DNA of 64,000 bases from Chthoniobacterales bacterium (lineage in GTDB: Bacteria > Verrucomicrobiota > Verrucomicrobiia > Chthoniobacterales > Chthoniobacteraceae): assembly GCA_038207335.1 (NCBI GenBank), contig JBBQZX010000020.1, positions 41,945-105,944 of the forward strand, written 5' to 3'. Position 1 is the first letter of the stretch, and each line of letters opens with the position of its first letter. Below the pieces are notes generated by a model. It was not told the origin of the DNA, did no database searches, and worked only from the letters and a program-made list of their open reading frames with translations. Below are positions 54,201 through 64,000 of the stretch, one piece after another. The position numbers and the translations under genes are program-made.

Positions 54201-56691
54201 GCGAAACCAAGCGCGCAGCCTCATCCGCAGGCAATTTGTCATTCGACTTCGCCTGCTGAATGTCCTCACGCAGCCGGTCGAAGTTTGCATACGCCGGACC
54301 CGCCTCCTTGATCGCCTCCGTCACCCGCTTCGCCGGCTCCCACGCCTGCTCCTTTTCAAATCCGAGCACGCTCCGCGCTGCCTCCGCGCACGCCTTCGCG
54401 AGCTTCGCAGTCGGGTCGTTCAAATTCTTGTCCAGCGTCCCAGCCGTGATCGCCGCGTCGATCGCGCTCCGCGGCTTTTCAATCTGCTTCGACAAATTTC
54501 GAATCCGGTCCGGGAAGCTGCCGCCGAGGTGCTCAGCGGTCGAAGTCATCAGTCCCTCAAGGCTCCGAGTCTCCGCGATGATCACGCGAATTCGGTTCGC
54601 GATTTGCGCCCACTTCGCCTTGTCGTCGCCGCTGTTCCGCGCGAGCGCCGCGAGCCGATCCTGCTCGTTCGACACCGCCGCCATGTTCTCCGCGAGCACG
54701 TCGAGTTCCTCGGCTCCTACCATGTATTTGTAAAAGTCATGCGCGATCCGCGCCCGGTTCGCTGCCTGCCCCGAAGAGGCCGCGAAGCGCCGCATCTGAT
54801 CCGACACGAACGGCGACGACGAACTGCCCGCCACGAGCCCGAGCGAATCGCGCGCAAAGTCCGCCGATGCCGCGTCCACGCGGGAAAGCAGCCGGCTCAG
54901 CAGCACGAGATTCGCGCTCTGGTGCCCCGGACTCGAAGCCCGGATCGCCGCCGTGAGTTGCGGCCACACGGCAGCCATTTTTGCGTCGAAAGCCTGCATA
55001 GCTGCCGATGCCGTCAGCACGATTTGCTTCCGCTGAGGATCGCCCTCCGGCAGTCGCCCGATCGCGTCGCGCGACTCCGCGCTCTGCTTGTCGAGCGCCT
55101 CCGCCGCCACGCGCATTTCGCCGATCGCGGCGAGCAGCGCGCGCTGCGGCTCCAGCGCCGTCATGCGCTTCGACTCGAAGCCCGACGCCGTGATCGTGAT
55201 CTGAAGCGAGCGCGACTCCGACCGATTCCCCTTCAAATCCACCGCCAGCAATTTCGTCGTCAGTAAATCGCCCGGCTTCACGCCCTGCTCGAATAAATCC
55301 CAGCGCCGCTCCACCGCCGTTTTGGCCCCCGGATTTTCCACCAGTTTCACCTCTTTCCACCCGCCTTCATTCACGCGGATGAGCTGCGAAACCTTTGCCA
55401 GCGATTGATCGTCTGTCGCAGTCCCCTCGAGATCGACGATCTCGTTCGCGGGTAAAATGAGGTCGTCTTTAGGCGAATCGAGCTCCACCTGCGGCACGAG
55501 ATCCGGCACCGCACGGATTTCATATTCAGGGCTAAATTTATTCTCAAAGCCGCTCTCCGCCGCAACGAGATGCACGCGATACGTCCCCGAGTTTTTGAAC
55601 GAAATCTTCGCAGTCAGCAGATTCCCCACGCCCGGCACGAGCGGCACCGTCGTCTCCGCGCGCCCCTGATCGATCGTGAGTTCCGCCGACTTGATCTTCT
55701 GATTCGGCTGCAACTTCAGCTCGACCTCGCTCCCCTCCAGCGCGGCGACATCGCCATTTTCCTCGCTCACATGCTTCGGCTCCATCTTCGCGTAGTCGGG
55801 GAAAGTATAGGTCTTTTCAAACGCCGTGATGAACGGCCGAGGCCTCGCGCCGAGCGTGTATTTGCGCGTGATCGCATCGCCCGCGCGCACCCGATATTGC
55901 ACGTCCTCGCGGGCGACTTGGATCGTTGCGGAGAATTGATCGTCATCCGCCGGAGTCATCCGCACGACCTCGCGCCCGCCGGTTCTCGTGAAAATTTCGA
56001 GCACCGCCTTGTTCGTGCGCCCGCCGGTGATTTTCACTATGAGCGGCACCGCGTCACCGAATGGCACCGGCATTTCCGCCGGCTTCGGCTCGACGATCGC
56101 AACATGAAATTTCGAGACCCGTGCAAAATTCGCCATCGGCAAAAGAGCGCGCATCAGCAGCGTGCCGAACTGCGTGCCGGTCATGACGAACGCCACGATC
56201 ATCGCCGCGAAAATCACCGCCGCGACGCCGAGATACCGCCGCACGAGGCCGACGGGCAGCAACCGATCGACATCGACCTGGTCCATCCGCGCAGCGACGT
56301 CGCTCTGCACGAGCGCACGGAACTGCTCGGAATCGACGACCTCGCCGCCTTTGTCCGTGCCGAGTTCCACCGCGGACAGCAAATCCTCGCGCAGCTTCGG
56401 CTCCGCGTGCTCCACCAGTCGAGCGAGCCGGCGTGGCCCCGGCGCATGCGTGAGCAGCGTGAGACAGGTGCGCCATTCGGCGATGATGACCGCGAGATAC
56501 GCGACCGCGCTCAGCCCCCAGCGGACGCCGTCTGGCAGGATGAAAATTAGGTCGATGAACGCGACGATCATCATCGTCGCGAGCAACATCGCGACCGCCG
56601 TGCACACGCCGCGGATGATGATGAGCTTTCGGCGGCGCGCGGCAAAGGCGCGGAGCTTCGAGAGGATTTTGGGGTCGAGTTTGTAGCTCAT
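51244..56691 (-). CDS. Large membrane-anchored coiled-coil protein (DUF4175-like)
   Basis: N-terminal TM segments, Ig-like region (FPDYAKM, ATDDQSL), long Gln/Ala/Glu helical region, terminal WGKLP...EYRNQIETYY. Confidence 0.75.
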   Translation of the reverse strand: MSYKLDPKILSKLRAFAARRRKLIIIRGVCTAVAMLLATMMIVAFIDLIFILPDGVRWGLSAVAYLAVIIAEWRTCLTLLTHAPGPRRLARLVEHAEPKLREDLLSAVELGTDKGGEVVDSEQFRALVQSDVAARMDQVDVDRLLPVGLVRRYLGVAAVIFAAMIVAFVMTGTQFGTLLMRALLPMANFARVSKFHVAIVEPKPAEMPVPFGDAVPLIVKITGGRTNKAVLEIFTRTGGREVVRMTPADDDQFSATIQVAREDVQYRVRAGDAITRKYTLGARPRPFITAFEKTYTFPDYAKMEPKHVSEENGDVAALEGSEVELKLQPNQKIKSAELTIDQGRAETTVPLVPGVGNLLTAKISFKNSGTYRVHLVAAESGFENKFSPEYEIRAVPDLVPQVELDSPKDDLILPANEIVDLEGTATDDQSLAKVSQLIRVNEGGWKEVKLVENPGAKTAVERRWDLFEQGVKPGDLLTTKLLAVDLKGNRSESRSLQITITASGFESKRMTALEPQRALLAAIGEMRVAAEALDKQSAESRDAIGRLPEGDPQRKQIVLTASAAMQAFDAKMAAVWPQLTAAIRASSPGHQSANLVLLSRLLSRVDAASADFARDSLGLVAGSSSSPFVSDQMRRFAASSGQAANRARIAHDFYKYMVGAEELDVLAENMAAVSNEQDRLAALARNSGDDKAKWAQIANRIRVIIAETRSLEGLMTSTAEHLGGSFPDRIRNLSKQIEKPRSAIDAAITAGTLDKNLNDPTAKLAKACAEAARSVLGFEKEQAWEPAKRVTEAIKEAGPAYANFDRLREDIQQAKSNDKLPADEAARLVSRRWDEWSSAFKTYGDAEESRPDSDTYFVNDVRTLSLALKATHDAAPDDAALKEKLAALEKNLRLLESGHNIFEVADGLRQLAAAERWEIRNGRARTSSPRDWSWLESRLRAIPEELGKAAQDDETRKLMSQAQEVLWKGMNTAAPKQVSGEMAQRHVGARDPVSAREDVEKVAMIANQALAVFRKPMQAAREELAQMVPKLSELAAQLAKETEDLKKETQEAAQKPAEQAPAEAQAEAQKTLAKQEKLNAEVGALKDALRADANQQDMAQKEGRERARDADDALAMLKEPPVKAEQALMEAAQAPDATQRKEAQTGATEHQQKLADALNQLAEHYANVEQGKAEESRTAMRETEKENGVKEQLDAQFAKAEQMAELAQKSPEELLAQLEKALTKNPEMQKELSEISKDTLADAKQQLDQASKQENQVAKDLAKLTAQANPDGSQPTPQQAAAKAQDAAKKSLDAAKNAQKAADEAVQSAKVANNQPAADQARQARADAQQAVQAAEQAAQSAAQAAEKMTQPNEMANAANAAQAAAEKSGEAAKQAEQAAGDAAKAQATAQQTAQQKTGDEQAKNQATSKEANEAQQAAQQAAQAAKDAQAASQQVAAMAQNPQAPQMAQQTSNTPPNSPAGAKPQGAQNPQLAQAANQQPQIAQTANEAGEQVARAGRHEERLQNNAVGEQLQELGAAVKETAMQQVPSAQQALAKAQKAAEAQAAVNAADSQLAAQAAQLGAAANPTTPQDAAAQPPSPASAQTAAQTPPQGAQSPQTGAATPPSQGQPAGQQTPPMQAQAGSPQGTPPPTGSPEGLMADVPTTPPTPQEQVWMARTLDALDAALHSGADANAQKGDQQANAQGQPPGQQGKGEQPGQPSQDAAQAQAAMAAAAQAAAQAMRAERSENSETPVALLAKGDLQAKSKAGVKADGTGTAYGKIGELNGLTKTGDWGKLPKQIAEELSQGQRETVAGEYRNQIETYYRVIAEKSKK

Positions 56692-56716
56692 TTTTTTGGA
56701 GGTGCTTCTTTCAACT

Positions 56717-59482
56717 TCACAAAAGTCCCACTCGTTTCCGCACGATCCACTCCACCGTCAGCAGCGCCACGATCGGCAGAAACCACCAATAACTCTGCCA
56801 CAGCGGCGTCTCGCTTTCGATCACTTTTCCGCTACTCAGCGGTGCAAGGAGATCGAGCAGTTTGCCCGCGTTTTCCTCGCGCAGATATTGGCCTCCACTC
56901 GCAGACGACATCTGCCGCAGCAGGTCTTCGTTGAGATTCAGCAGCGTCAGTTCACCCGTCTCGCGCGGCTCCACTTTGAATGTCGTGCGCGCCTTCAACT
57001 CGCTCTCCGGGATCGCCGCGGACTCGATTCCGATCTCGTAATTTCCCGGCTCCAGCGCTGCTGTTTTTCCGTGGAAAAGTCCGCCTGCGTTGTCGTCGGC
57101 AGTCAGTCGGATGCCCGCGACTTTGCTGCCGTCGCGGTAGAGCGCGGCCTCGACGCTCGCGTTGCTCACTGGCTTGCCGTCACCGTCGCGGAGACGCACG
57201 CGGATGTCCGCAGAATCACCGGGCCGATAGGTCAGTGCGCCGGCGTCGAGCGAGATGAATTTATCCCGTACCGCGAACGGTAACTCGGCGACCCAGTTCG
57301 CGATCTGGTTCCAGTATTTGACATGATAGAGGTCGCCGACTTCGTAGCGCCAGCGCCACGAATCGTCGAACGCCTGGTAGAGCACTTTGCCCGCGCCGAA
57401 TGGCCGATAGACGACCGCTGGGATTTTCGCCGAGCCGACTTCAGCATCGAGCAGATGCTCCGCGCCGGGCAGCGGCGTCGCGCCGGAGAGCCAGTGGGGC
57501 GGCAACAGCTTGGCCCAGACTTCCGCGTTCTGCCCGCGGTCGGCGGCGAGCGCAAATGCCGCGAGCGTCGCGCTGCGATCGGTGAGCGTGAGCTTCGTGA
57601 TATTTTCCCGCACCGCGGGCGTCTTCCACTCGACCGGAAAGAGGGGCGCGAGCGGCGTTTCGGCGTATTCCTTGAAGCGCGCGCGCGGCCCGTCGATGAG
57701 GATCAGCGCGCCGCCGCGTTTGCTCACGAAGTCGCTGATCCACTTCAACTCGTCGCCTTTCCACAGCGCGCGCGGCGTCTCTCCGAGGATGATGAGATCG
57801 AAGCTGTTGATGATCGCTGGATCGGTCGGCAGGTCGTCCGGTTTCGTGCCGCGCGAAAATCCCGGCTCGCCAAGTTTCACGCCGGCAGTAACGGCGGTAA
57901 CGTCCCACTGCTCGTCGCGGTCGAAGAGATTTCGCAGGTATCGCGACTCCCAGCGCGGGCGCCCGTCGATGATCAAAATCTTGCGCTTCTGCGTGACCGC
58001 GCGCAGTCGCAGGCTGCCGAAATTATTGCTCGGCTCACGATCGCCCTCGACCTGCGAGACGGTCACTTTCAAATCGAGTGGCACGCCGGAAAGCTGCACG
58101 CCGCTGCCTTTGCTGGCGGCGAGCTTCTCCTCCACGAGTTCCTTCACGGTGAAGTCGAACGGGACTTTCCGAAGCTGCGTGCCGTCGCTCGTCACGGCTT
58201 GCTCCCACAGCGTTTTGTCGCCGTCCTGGATCGTCACTTTGAATGGCATCCCCGCGGGCATGTCGTCCTTCAGCGTGACCTGGCCACGCACGCGGTCCTG
58301 ATAAAACACGGCGTCCGGCCCCTCGGCTTTCACGACCGCCAAATCGCGCGGACGAATCTGGCTGCCGATGCCGACGGTGAAGATCGGCATCTGCCGCGCG
58401 CCGAGAATTTTCGCGACCTCGACCGGCGAGTCGCCATCGTTGTGCTGTCCGTCGGTGAAGACCACGATCGCGCCGCTCTGCGCCTTCTCCTGTCCGCCAG
58501 TGCTTGATTTGACGCCGGTCGCAAGATCGGTCACCTCGCCCACCGGCTTCGGCAGAGTCGTCGGCAACGCCGAGTTTTTCGCGGTCGGCTGCCAGAGTTT
58601 TTTGGCCTCCGCGTCGTCTAGCGAAAGGAGCTGCACATCGTACGTCTCGGCTACTTTTCCGAGAAGCGGCGGCGTCCCGCCTTCGAGTAAAATCGATTGC
58701 ACGCGCTGCGTTCGCGGCATCGCGTCGAATTTTTGAAGCGCCGTGTGAAGCGGCGAAAGATCGCCCGCCGCCGCGTCGTTCGCGGTCTTTTGGAACGCGG
58801 TTTCGAGTTCGTCCTGCCAGCGTCGCGCGACCTCGCCGAACCGCACGAGGTCCTGCGTGGTGCGCGAGCGGTCATCGATCTTTTTGAATTCACGCGCCGC
58901 TATTTCTTTCGATGGTGCACCGAGTTCTTTTCCAAACCGGTCGAGCTGATCGTTCGCGCTGCCGGCGCTCGCGATGAGCTCGCGCGCCGCCACGATTTTC
59001 GCCGCAAAATCATCCGCGCTTTTCTTCACCGCCGCATCGTCCGCCGTCGTCGCGAGCTTCGCTTTTTCCGAGATCGTCTGCGCGTCCGCGAGCGCTTCGC
59101 TGGCGTGCGGCAAGTCCATCTTCAACGCATCCGGCGCTAGCAATCCCATGCGCTGCAGGATGAGGATTTTCCGCCCGATGCTCATCGACGAATCGGTGAG
59201 ACTCATGCTCCGCGAGCTGTCCACGAAGAGCAGTAGCTTCGAGAGTTCGCCGATGGTTTTGCGATGATGCAGCACCGGCCCACTGAGCATCAAAAAGATC
59301 ATCGCAACGGCGAGCGCGCGCAGGAGCGGAAGCAGGAAGCGCATACCGCGGCGATGCAGGCGCACATCGCGCCGATACAGCAACCATGCGGCTCCGCCGA
59401 GGATCACCGCGCCGGTGATGCCGACCCATGCGGGCCAGTCGCCGACGAAGCGGAGGGTGGTTTCGACGCGTTCGGAGGTCAT
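56717..59482 (-). CDS. vWA + glutamine amidotransferase-like domain membrane protein
   Basis: MIDAS DSSRSM, TDLA, FTDGQHN, ILIIDGRPRWESRYL, GAGKVLY..FDDSWRWR, C-terminal TM EWIVRK. Confidence 0.82.
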   Translation of the reverse strand: MTSERVETTLRFVGDWPAWVGITGAVILGGAAWLLYRRDVRLHRRGMRFLLPLLRALAVAMIFLMLSGPVLHHRKTIGELSKLLLFVDSSRSMSLTDSSMSIGRKILILQRMGLLAPDALKMDLPHASEALADAQTISEKAKLATTADDAAVKKSADDFAAKIVAARELIASAGSANDQLDRFGKELGAPSKEIAAREFKKIDDRSRTTQDLVRFGEVARRWQDELETAFQKTANDAAAGDLSPLHTALQKFDAMPRTQRVQSILLEGGTPPLLGKVAETYDVQLLSLDDAEAKKLWQPTAKNSALPTTLPKPVGEVTDLATGVKSSTGGQEKAQSGAIVVFTDGQHNDGDSPVEVAKILGARQMPIFTVGIGSQIRPRDLAVVKAEGPDAVFYQDRVRGQVTLKDDMPAGMPFKVTIQDGDKTLWEQAVTSDGTQLRKVPFDFTVKELVEEKLAASKGSGVQLSGVPLDLKVTVSQVEGDREPSNNFGSLRLRAVTQKRKILIIDGRPRWESRYLRNLFDRDEQWDVTAVTAGVKLGEPGFSRGTKPDDLPTDPAIINSFDLIILGETPRALWKGDELKWISDFVSKRGGALILIDGPRARFKEYAETPLAPLFPVEWKTPAVRENITKLTLTDRSATLAAFALAADRGQNAEVWAKLLPPHWLSGATPLPGAEHLLDAEVGSAKIPAVVYRPFGAGKVLYQAFDDSWRWRYEVGDLYHVKYWNQIANWVAELPFAVRDKFISLDAGALTYRPGDSADIRVRLRDGDGKPVSNASVEAALYRDGSKVAGIRLTADDNAGGLFHGKTAALEPGNYEIGIESAAIPESELKARTTFKVEPRETGELTLLNLNEDLLRQMSSASGGQYLREENAGKLLDLLAPLSSGKVIESETPLWQSYWWFLPIVALLTVEWIVRKRVGLL

Positions 59483-61638
59483 GGCTTACCCCTCGCACCC
59501 GCAAATCTTTGCTCCGCAAAAAGCTCCACGAAAACCAGCGCCAGCAGCGCCCACAGGATCGGCTTCCACAGCTCCGTACCGAAGCGGCGCGTCTGGTCGA
59601 GCGCCTTGTATTCGGCTCCGTTGTGGACCACGGCAACGGCGTGTGTTTTCGCAAAGTCGGCGATCTCGGCGTCGCTGAGGCGCTGGAGGTCGGACTCGCG
59701 GCGCGAGGCATTCACGACGAAGTGGATCGGCTGCCCGCCTGGCGGCATCAGCGTGTAAAGACCGGGCCGCTGCGTCTTGCCGAATTCGACCACGCCGCGT
59801 TCTCCTTTTTTCACGATCGGCAGGTCGATCGCCGCGCCATCAGGGTTCGTGAGAGACGCCTTTTTTCCCGCATCTGTCGGCGGCAGGAGCGCAATGATCG
59901 GCTTGCCGACGCCGAGATTGCGCGGGGGATAAATCGTGGACGCCAAATAGACCGAGAGGCGCTGGAGCAGCGGCAGGTAGGTCGGGCGCATCGGCAGATT
60001 GCTCCAGTCGGCATCGAGCGCGGTGGCGCACTCGATCACGCGGCCTTCCCCATACGATTTCTCGACGAGAAAAGGGTCGCCGTTTTCGAGACGTGCGAGC
60101 GTCGTGATGTCAGGCACGCCAGCGTCTTTCAGCTTGAACCACGCCTTGATCGCGGAGTCGGAGAGGTTGCCGTTTCGCGGATCATTGAAGAGTTCGAGAG
60201 CGGGATTTTCAAACCGCTGCGAGACGACGGAAACCGACGGCGCGCTGTCTTTCACATCGCCGGCGAGCGCGCCGATCGCCAGCGGGAGCAGTCCTTTTCC
60301 GTCTTTTGAAAAGGCGGAATTGTACCACGCCGGGTCGATGCGGTTGCCGCCGAAGACGAGCAGGCCGCCGCCGTTTTTCACGAACTCCTCGAGCCCGCGA
60401 AGCTGATCGTCATTGAGTTTGCGGACATTTGCCAAAATCACGACGGCGTATTCCGAGAATCGTTTTGGATCGATTTCTTCAGGCTTTACGACCTTCGTCG
60501 CGAGCAGGTCGGCGAGTTCGACGTGCGCGGCGCTGTTGGGCGCGAGCGCGATTTCGGCAAAATCGGTTTCGCCCTTCATCGGCTCGCTGCTCGGGTCGCC
60601 GTTGACGAGCATGACCGGCACTTTGTCGCGCACCGGAATGCTCGCGAGGAAACCGTTGTCGGCCTTCAGCGTGTCGGCGTCGGCATAGACCTCGATGACG
60701 TGCGAACCCGGCGTATCAAAGGAGTGGGTGAAAAGCACCTGCCCTTTCTCGTGCGGCGAGAGCTTGATTTGAGAAACAGACTTTTCTTTTCCGTCGGCTT
60801 TGAAATAGACGCGCAGGTCGGGGTATCCGCCTTCGCCGAAGTTGCGGAGATTCGCGCGGATTTGGATTTTCTGACCGACACCAATCATGAGCCGGGAGAA
60901 GTCGAGCGACTCGATCGCGACGTTGTCTTTCACCTCCTGCCCGACATCGAAGAACGTGATGTTCGGAGGGATCGGCATCTTTTTCAGTCGCTCGATGGAC
61001 TGGCCGAGCGCGGCGTCCTCGGTCGCCTCGAAGCTGACGCGCTGGAAGTCGGTGAGAACGACGACGTTCCGCGCGGACTCGTGCATTTGCCCGAAGACTC
61101 CGGCGGCAAAATCGAGCGCAGCGGGGACGGTCGCGGTGCCGAACCCGGCGCTCAGATTCGTGAGGCTCTGCGTGATGCGGCCGGTGTCGTAGGTCGGCTG
61201 GTCGAGGAGCGTGGAGCCGCCTTCGCCCATGAGGATGACCTGCACGTCGGAGCCGCGCTTGACGTCGTTGACGATGCGCGTGGATTCGTCGCGGGCGAGG
61301 GAGAAATTCGAGACGCCTGTGCGACCGGCTTCCATCGAGTAGCTGTTGTCGAGCGCGAGGATCGTGGAGGTTTTCGCCTCGCCGAGGAGCTTTTGCGCGC
61401 CCTGCCAAATGGGCCGCGCCATCGCGAGCGCGAGCAGCGCGGGGATCGCGGCGCGGATGATCATGAGGATGATCTGCTCGATCCGAATGCGCTTTTGATT
61501 GGTGCGAATGACGCTCTCGAGCAGGTGCATCGCACCCCATTTCACTACCTCGAACCGGCTCTTGTGAAAGAGATGGATGATGATCGGAATCGCGAGGGCG
61601 GCGACTCCGCCGAGGAGCGCAAAATTCAGGAAGTTCAT
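59479..61638 (-). CDS. BatA N-terminal domain + vWA protein
   Basis: [10 protein letters not shown]...WGAMHLL...LAMARP, LDNSYSM, LTDFQ, GGGLLVF, C-terminal TM. ATGA overlaps with both neighbours. Confidence 0.87.
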   Translation of the reverse strand: MNFLNFALLGGVAALAIPIIIHLFHKSRFEVVKWGAMHLLESVIRTNQKRIRIEQIILMIIRAAIPALLALAMARPIWQGAQKLLGEAKTSTILALDNSYSMEAGRTGVSNFSLARDESTRIVNDVKRGSDVQVILMGEGGSTLLDQPTYDTGRITQSLTNLSAGFGTATVPAALDFAAGVFGQMHESARNVVVLTDFQRVSFEATEDAALGQSIERLKKMPIPPNITFFDVGQEVKDNVAIESLDFSRLMIGVGQKIQIRANLRNFGEGGYPDLRVYFKADGKEKSVSQIKLSPHEKGQVLFTHSFDTPGSHVIEVYADADTLKADNGFLASIPVRDKVPVMLVNGDPSSEPMKGETDFAEIALAPNSAAHVELADLLATKVVKPEEIDPKRFSEYAVVILANVRKLNDDQLRGLEEFVKNGGGLLVFGGNRIDPAWYNSAFSKDGKGLLPLAIGALAGDVKDSAPSVSVVSQRFENPALELFNDPRNGNLSDSAIKAWFKLKDAGVPDITTLARLENGDPFLVEKSYGEGRVIECATALDADWSNLPMRPTYLPLLQRLSVYLASTIYPPRNLGVGKPIIALLPPTDAGKKASLTNPDGAAIDLPIVKKGERGVVEFGKTQRPGLYTLMPPGGQPIHFVVNASRRESDLQRLSDAEIADFAKTHAVAVVHNGAEYKALDQTRRFGTELWKPILWALLALVFVELFAEQRFAGARGKP

Positions 61639-62531
61639 CCGCGGGCCATCCTCCTGCTCATGTAGGCCGCGAGCGCCTCGGCATAGGGCTGGTCGGTGAC
61701 GAATGGCACGAGGTCGATCTTGTGCCGGCGGCAGCCGCGGGTCAGATCCTCACGGAATTTCGCGAGGTTCGCGAGGTATGCCTGGCGGAGCTGGACGGGG
61801 TCGAGGAGATGCTTGATTCCGTCGCGTTCGAGGCAGTCGAATTGCGTCCAGTTTTTGAACGGAAACTCGAGTTCGTCGCGGTCCCAGATTTGGAAAATCA
61901 GAATCTCATGACGCGCATGTCGAAAGTGCGCGAGGGCTTTTAACAGCTTGGCCACATCGCCAAAGCAGTCGGAGATGACGATGAGCAAGCCGCGCCGGTG
62001 CAGCTTTGGGACGAGGTCGTGAAAGACGTCGCCGATCTCCGTCTCGCCGCCGGGAGTGGCACGCTGGAGTTCGTCGATGATGACCTTCAAATGACTCACG
62101 CGCGAACGCGGCGGGATGTATTTGCGAATCTTTGTGTCGAAGGTGACGAGGCCGACGGTGTCCTGCTGCTGGAGCATGAGATACGCGAGGCAGGCGGCGA
62201 GGCGCGTGGCGTATTGGTATTTGCTGATGCCGTTGCGGCCGTAGTTCATCGAGCCACTGAGATCGAGCAGGAGTGAGGCGCGGAGGTTGGTCTCCTCCTC
62301 ATATTCCCGGATATAATAGCGGTCGCTGCGGCCAAAGACGCGCCAGTCGATGTGCCGGATTTCGTCGCCCGGGACGTATTGGCGGTGCTGCTTAAACTCG
62401 ACGCTAAAGCCCTTATGCGGCGACCGGTGCAGCCCCGAGCAAAAGCCTTCGACGACCTGCCGCGCGAGGACTTGGAGGTTGCTGATCTTTTGAAGATCGG
62501 CAGGGGTGAGAAAGTCGGAGACGTGAGCCAC
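61635..62531 (-). CDS. DUF58 domain protein (vWA-like MoxR partner)
   Basis: [52 protein letters not shown] start. Confidence 0.92.
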   Translation of the reverse strand: MAHVSDFLTPADLQKISNLQVLARQVVEGFCSGLHRSPHKGFSVEFKQHRQYVPGDEIRHIDWRVFGRSDRYYIREYEEETNLRASLLLDLSGSMNYGRNGISKYQYATRLAACLAYLMLQQQDTVGLVTFDTKIRKYIPPRSRVSHLKVIIDELQRATPGGETEIGDVFHDLVPKLHRRGLLIVISDCFGDVAKLLKALAHFRHARHEILIFQIWDRDELEFPFKNWTQFDCLERDGIKHLLDPVQLRQAYLANLAKFREDLTRGCRRHKIDLVPFVTDQPYAEALAAYMSRRMARG

Positions 62532-62591
62532 GGACGAGAACTTTTAGGAAAACGTCGAACGTCTGTGTTCGGCGTTTTTCACAATCCGGTT

Positions 62592-63659
62592 TTAGAGAGA
62601 CCGTTTCGCTTCTCCGCGCGGCACGACTTTCAGCACGCGCTGGATGATGTCGTCCACGTTGATTCCTTCGGCCTCCGCATTGAACGTCGGGACGACGCGG
62701 TGGCGCAGAATCGGAGGCGCGAGGGCTTCGATGTCGTCGATGGTGACGTGGAATCGGCCTTTCAAAACGGCGCGCACTTTCCCGGCGAGGACGAGGTTCT
62801 GGCAGGCGCGCGGGCCGGCTCCCCACTCGATGAGGTCCTTCACAAAGTCCGGTGCGTCAGTGCTTTTCGGACGCGTGAAGCGAACGAGGTCGAGCACGAA
62901 ATCCATGACGTGATCGGGCACGGGGACTTTCCGCACGACCTTTTGCAGCGCGATGATTTGGTCGCCGTGGATGACCGGCTTCAGCTCCGCGCCGAATGTG
63001 CCGGTGGTGCGCGCGATGATCTGGCGCTCTTCCTCGCGGCTCGGATACTCGACCTTCACGAGGAAGATGAAGCGGTCGCGTTGCGCCTCGGGCAGCGGGT
63101 AGGTGCCCTCCTGCTCGATCGGGTTTTGCGTCGCCAGCACGAAGAACGGCTCCTCGAGTTTCATCGTCTGCCCACCGATGGTGACGCTGTGCTCCTGCAT
63201 CGCCTCAAGCAGCGCGGCCTGCGTTTTCGGCGGGGTGCGGTTGATCTCATCGGCAAGGATCATTTGGGCGAAAATCGGGCCTTTTTGGAAAACGAAACGC
63301 CGGTGGCCGGTCGCGGGGTCCTCCTGGATGATGTCGGTGCCGGTGATGTCCGACGGCATGAGGTCGGGCGTGAACTGGATGCGGCGGAACGACAAATCCA
63401 TGCACAGCGAGAGCGAGCGGATCATCGCGGTTTTCGCGAGACCGGGCACGCCCTCGAGCAGGCAGTGGCCGCCCGCGAGGACGGCGACGACGAGTTGCTC
63501 GATGACGTCGCTTTGGCCGACGATGAACTTGCCCATCTCAGCCGAAATGCGGTTGAATGCATCGACGAGCATGGCGGCTGCGGCTTTATCGTCGGGCGGC
63601 ACGTCGGCTGTAGCGGGAGCGGTGTCGGCGATTGGTTCTGCGGAGGTGTCTGTGGGCAT
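62592..63659 (-). CDS. moxR: MoxR family AAA+ ATPase
   Basis: [13 protein letters not shown] (Walker A), [56 protein letters not shown]. Start taken at ATG 63659. Confidence 0.94.
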   Translation of the reverse strand: MPTDTSAEPIADTAPATADVPPDDKAAAAMLVDAFNRISAEMGKFIVGQSDVIEQLVVAVLAGGHCLLEGVPGLAKTAMIRSLSLCMDLSFRRIQFTPDLMPSDITGTDIIQEDPATGHRRFVFQKGPIFAQMILADEINRTPPKTQAALLEAMQEHSVTIGGQTMKLEEPFFVLATQNPIEQEGTYPLPEAQRDRFIFLVKVEYPSREEERQIIARTTGTFGAELKPVIHGDQIIALQKVVRKVPVPDHVMDFVLDLVRFTRPKSTDAPDFVKDLIEWGAGPRACQNLVLAGKVRAVLKGRFHVTIDDIEALAPPILRHRVVPTFNAEAEGINVDDIIQRVLKVVPRGEAKRSL

Positions 63660-63792
63660 GGAGTGGAGTTTTAAGAAAGTGAGAATGTGTCTGAGCGAGC
63701 CGGATCCGAAGTGTGCAAAAATCGAGACGCCGTTCGGAGACAAGCCTCGAACGGCGTCTGAAATTTGCGGCGGCTCGTGGCTCGCGGCGGGC

Positions 63793-64000
63793 TTACGGAA
63801 TGGTCTCCGAGACGCTCGTGAGCTGCACGTTTTCCATCCACGAGGGAGGCGTGCAGACCGTCGTGTCGATCGCGTCGGCGGCTGCGGCTGGCAGGCGGCG
63901 CGAGGCGTCGTCGGCAAATGCAGCGAAGCTCGCGAGCGGCGTGGTGAAGGCGACCTGCGTCGGCGCGCCACCGGCGTCCGTCACGGAAACCTGGCTCGCA
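63793..64000 (-). CDS. 3' end of an upstream gene (unknown product; runs off right edge)
   Basis: Frame is open from the window edge to the stop at 63793, on the same strand as the moxR cluster. Confidence 0.5.
   Translation of the reverse strand, partial: ASQVSVTDAGGAPTQVAFTTPLASFAAFADDASRRLPAAAADAIDTTVCTPPSWMENVQLTSVSETIP

Noticed and set aside
62592..63971. Longer ORF-track starts for moxR (and similarly for rodZ, prmA, ltaE, rimO and giant gene 2)
   Set aside because: The extensions overlap neighbouring genes, repeats or promoter elements and lack family similarity; downstream ATGs were used.

Overview
High-GC chromosomal window that gene content suggests is from a Verrucomicrobium (PVC superphylum, possibly Chthoniobacter/Spartobacteria-like; inference only). 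The first 21.5 kb hold three tandem minus-strand giant surface proteins built from autotransporter-associated beta-strand repeats. The two complete ones end in a PEP-CTERM signal with no beta-barrel, and two carry a PA14 domain. They share an extended signal peptide, and each is preceded by a positionally conserved ~80-bp promoter-like element. Next come an Lrp/AsnC-like regulator divergent from gltB (no gltD adjacent), a VIT1 transporter, a small lipoprotein and ltaE. A repeat-rich intergenic region follows (two GTAG-type REP doublets around a 21-bp tandem array). The middle holds a DUF6600-type protein, an aminotransferase, a double-domain NDK, methyltransferases, prmA, rimO, rodZ, a GH50-like hydrolase, an M48 peptidase, an apiosidase-like protein, a glycine-zipper protein and a frameshifted YigE-like gene. 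A methyltransferase gene between rimO and prmA is bracketed by 37-bp inverted repeats. The last 18 kb are a minus-strand MoxR/DUF58/BatA-vWA/vWA-GATase/coiled-coil/prenyltransferase-repeat cluster followed by a PVC-type dehydrogenase-like protein with a C-terminal blue-copper domain. No rRNA, tRNA, CRISPR array, transposase or phage gene was recognised. All family calls come from motif recognition by eye, not database searches.
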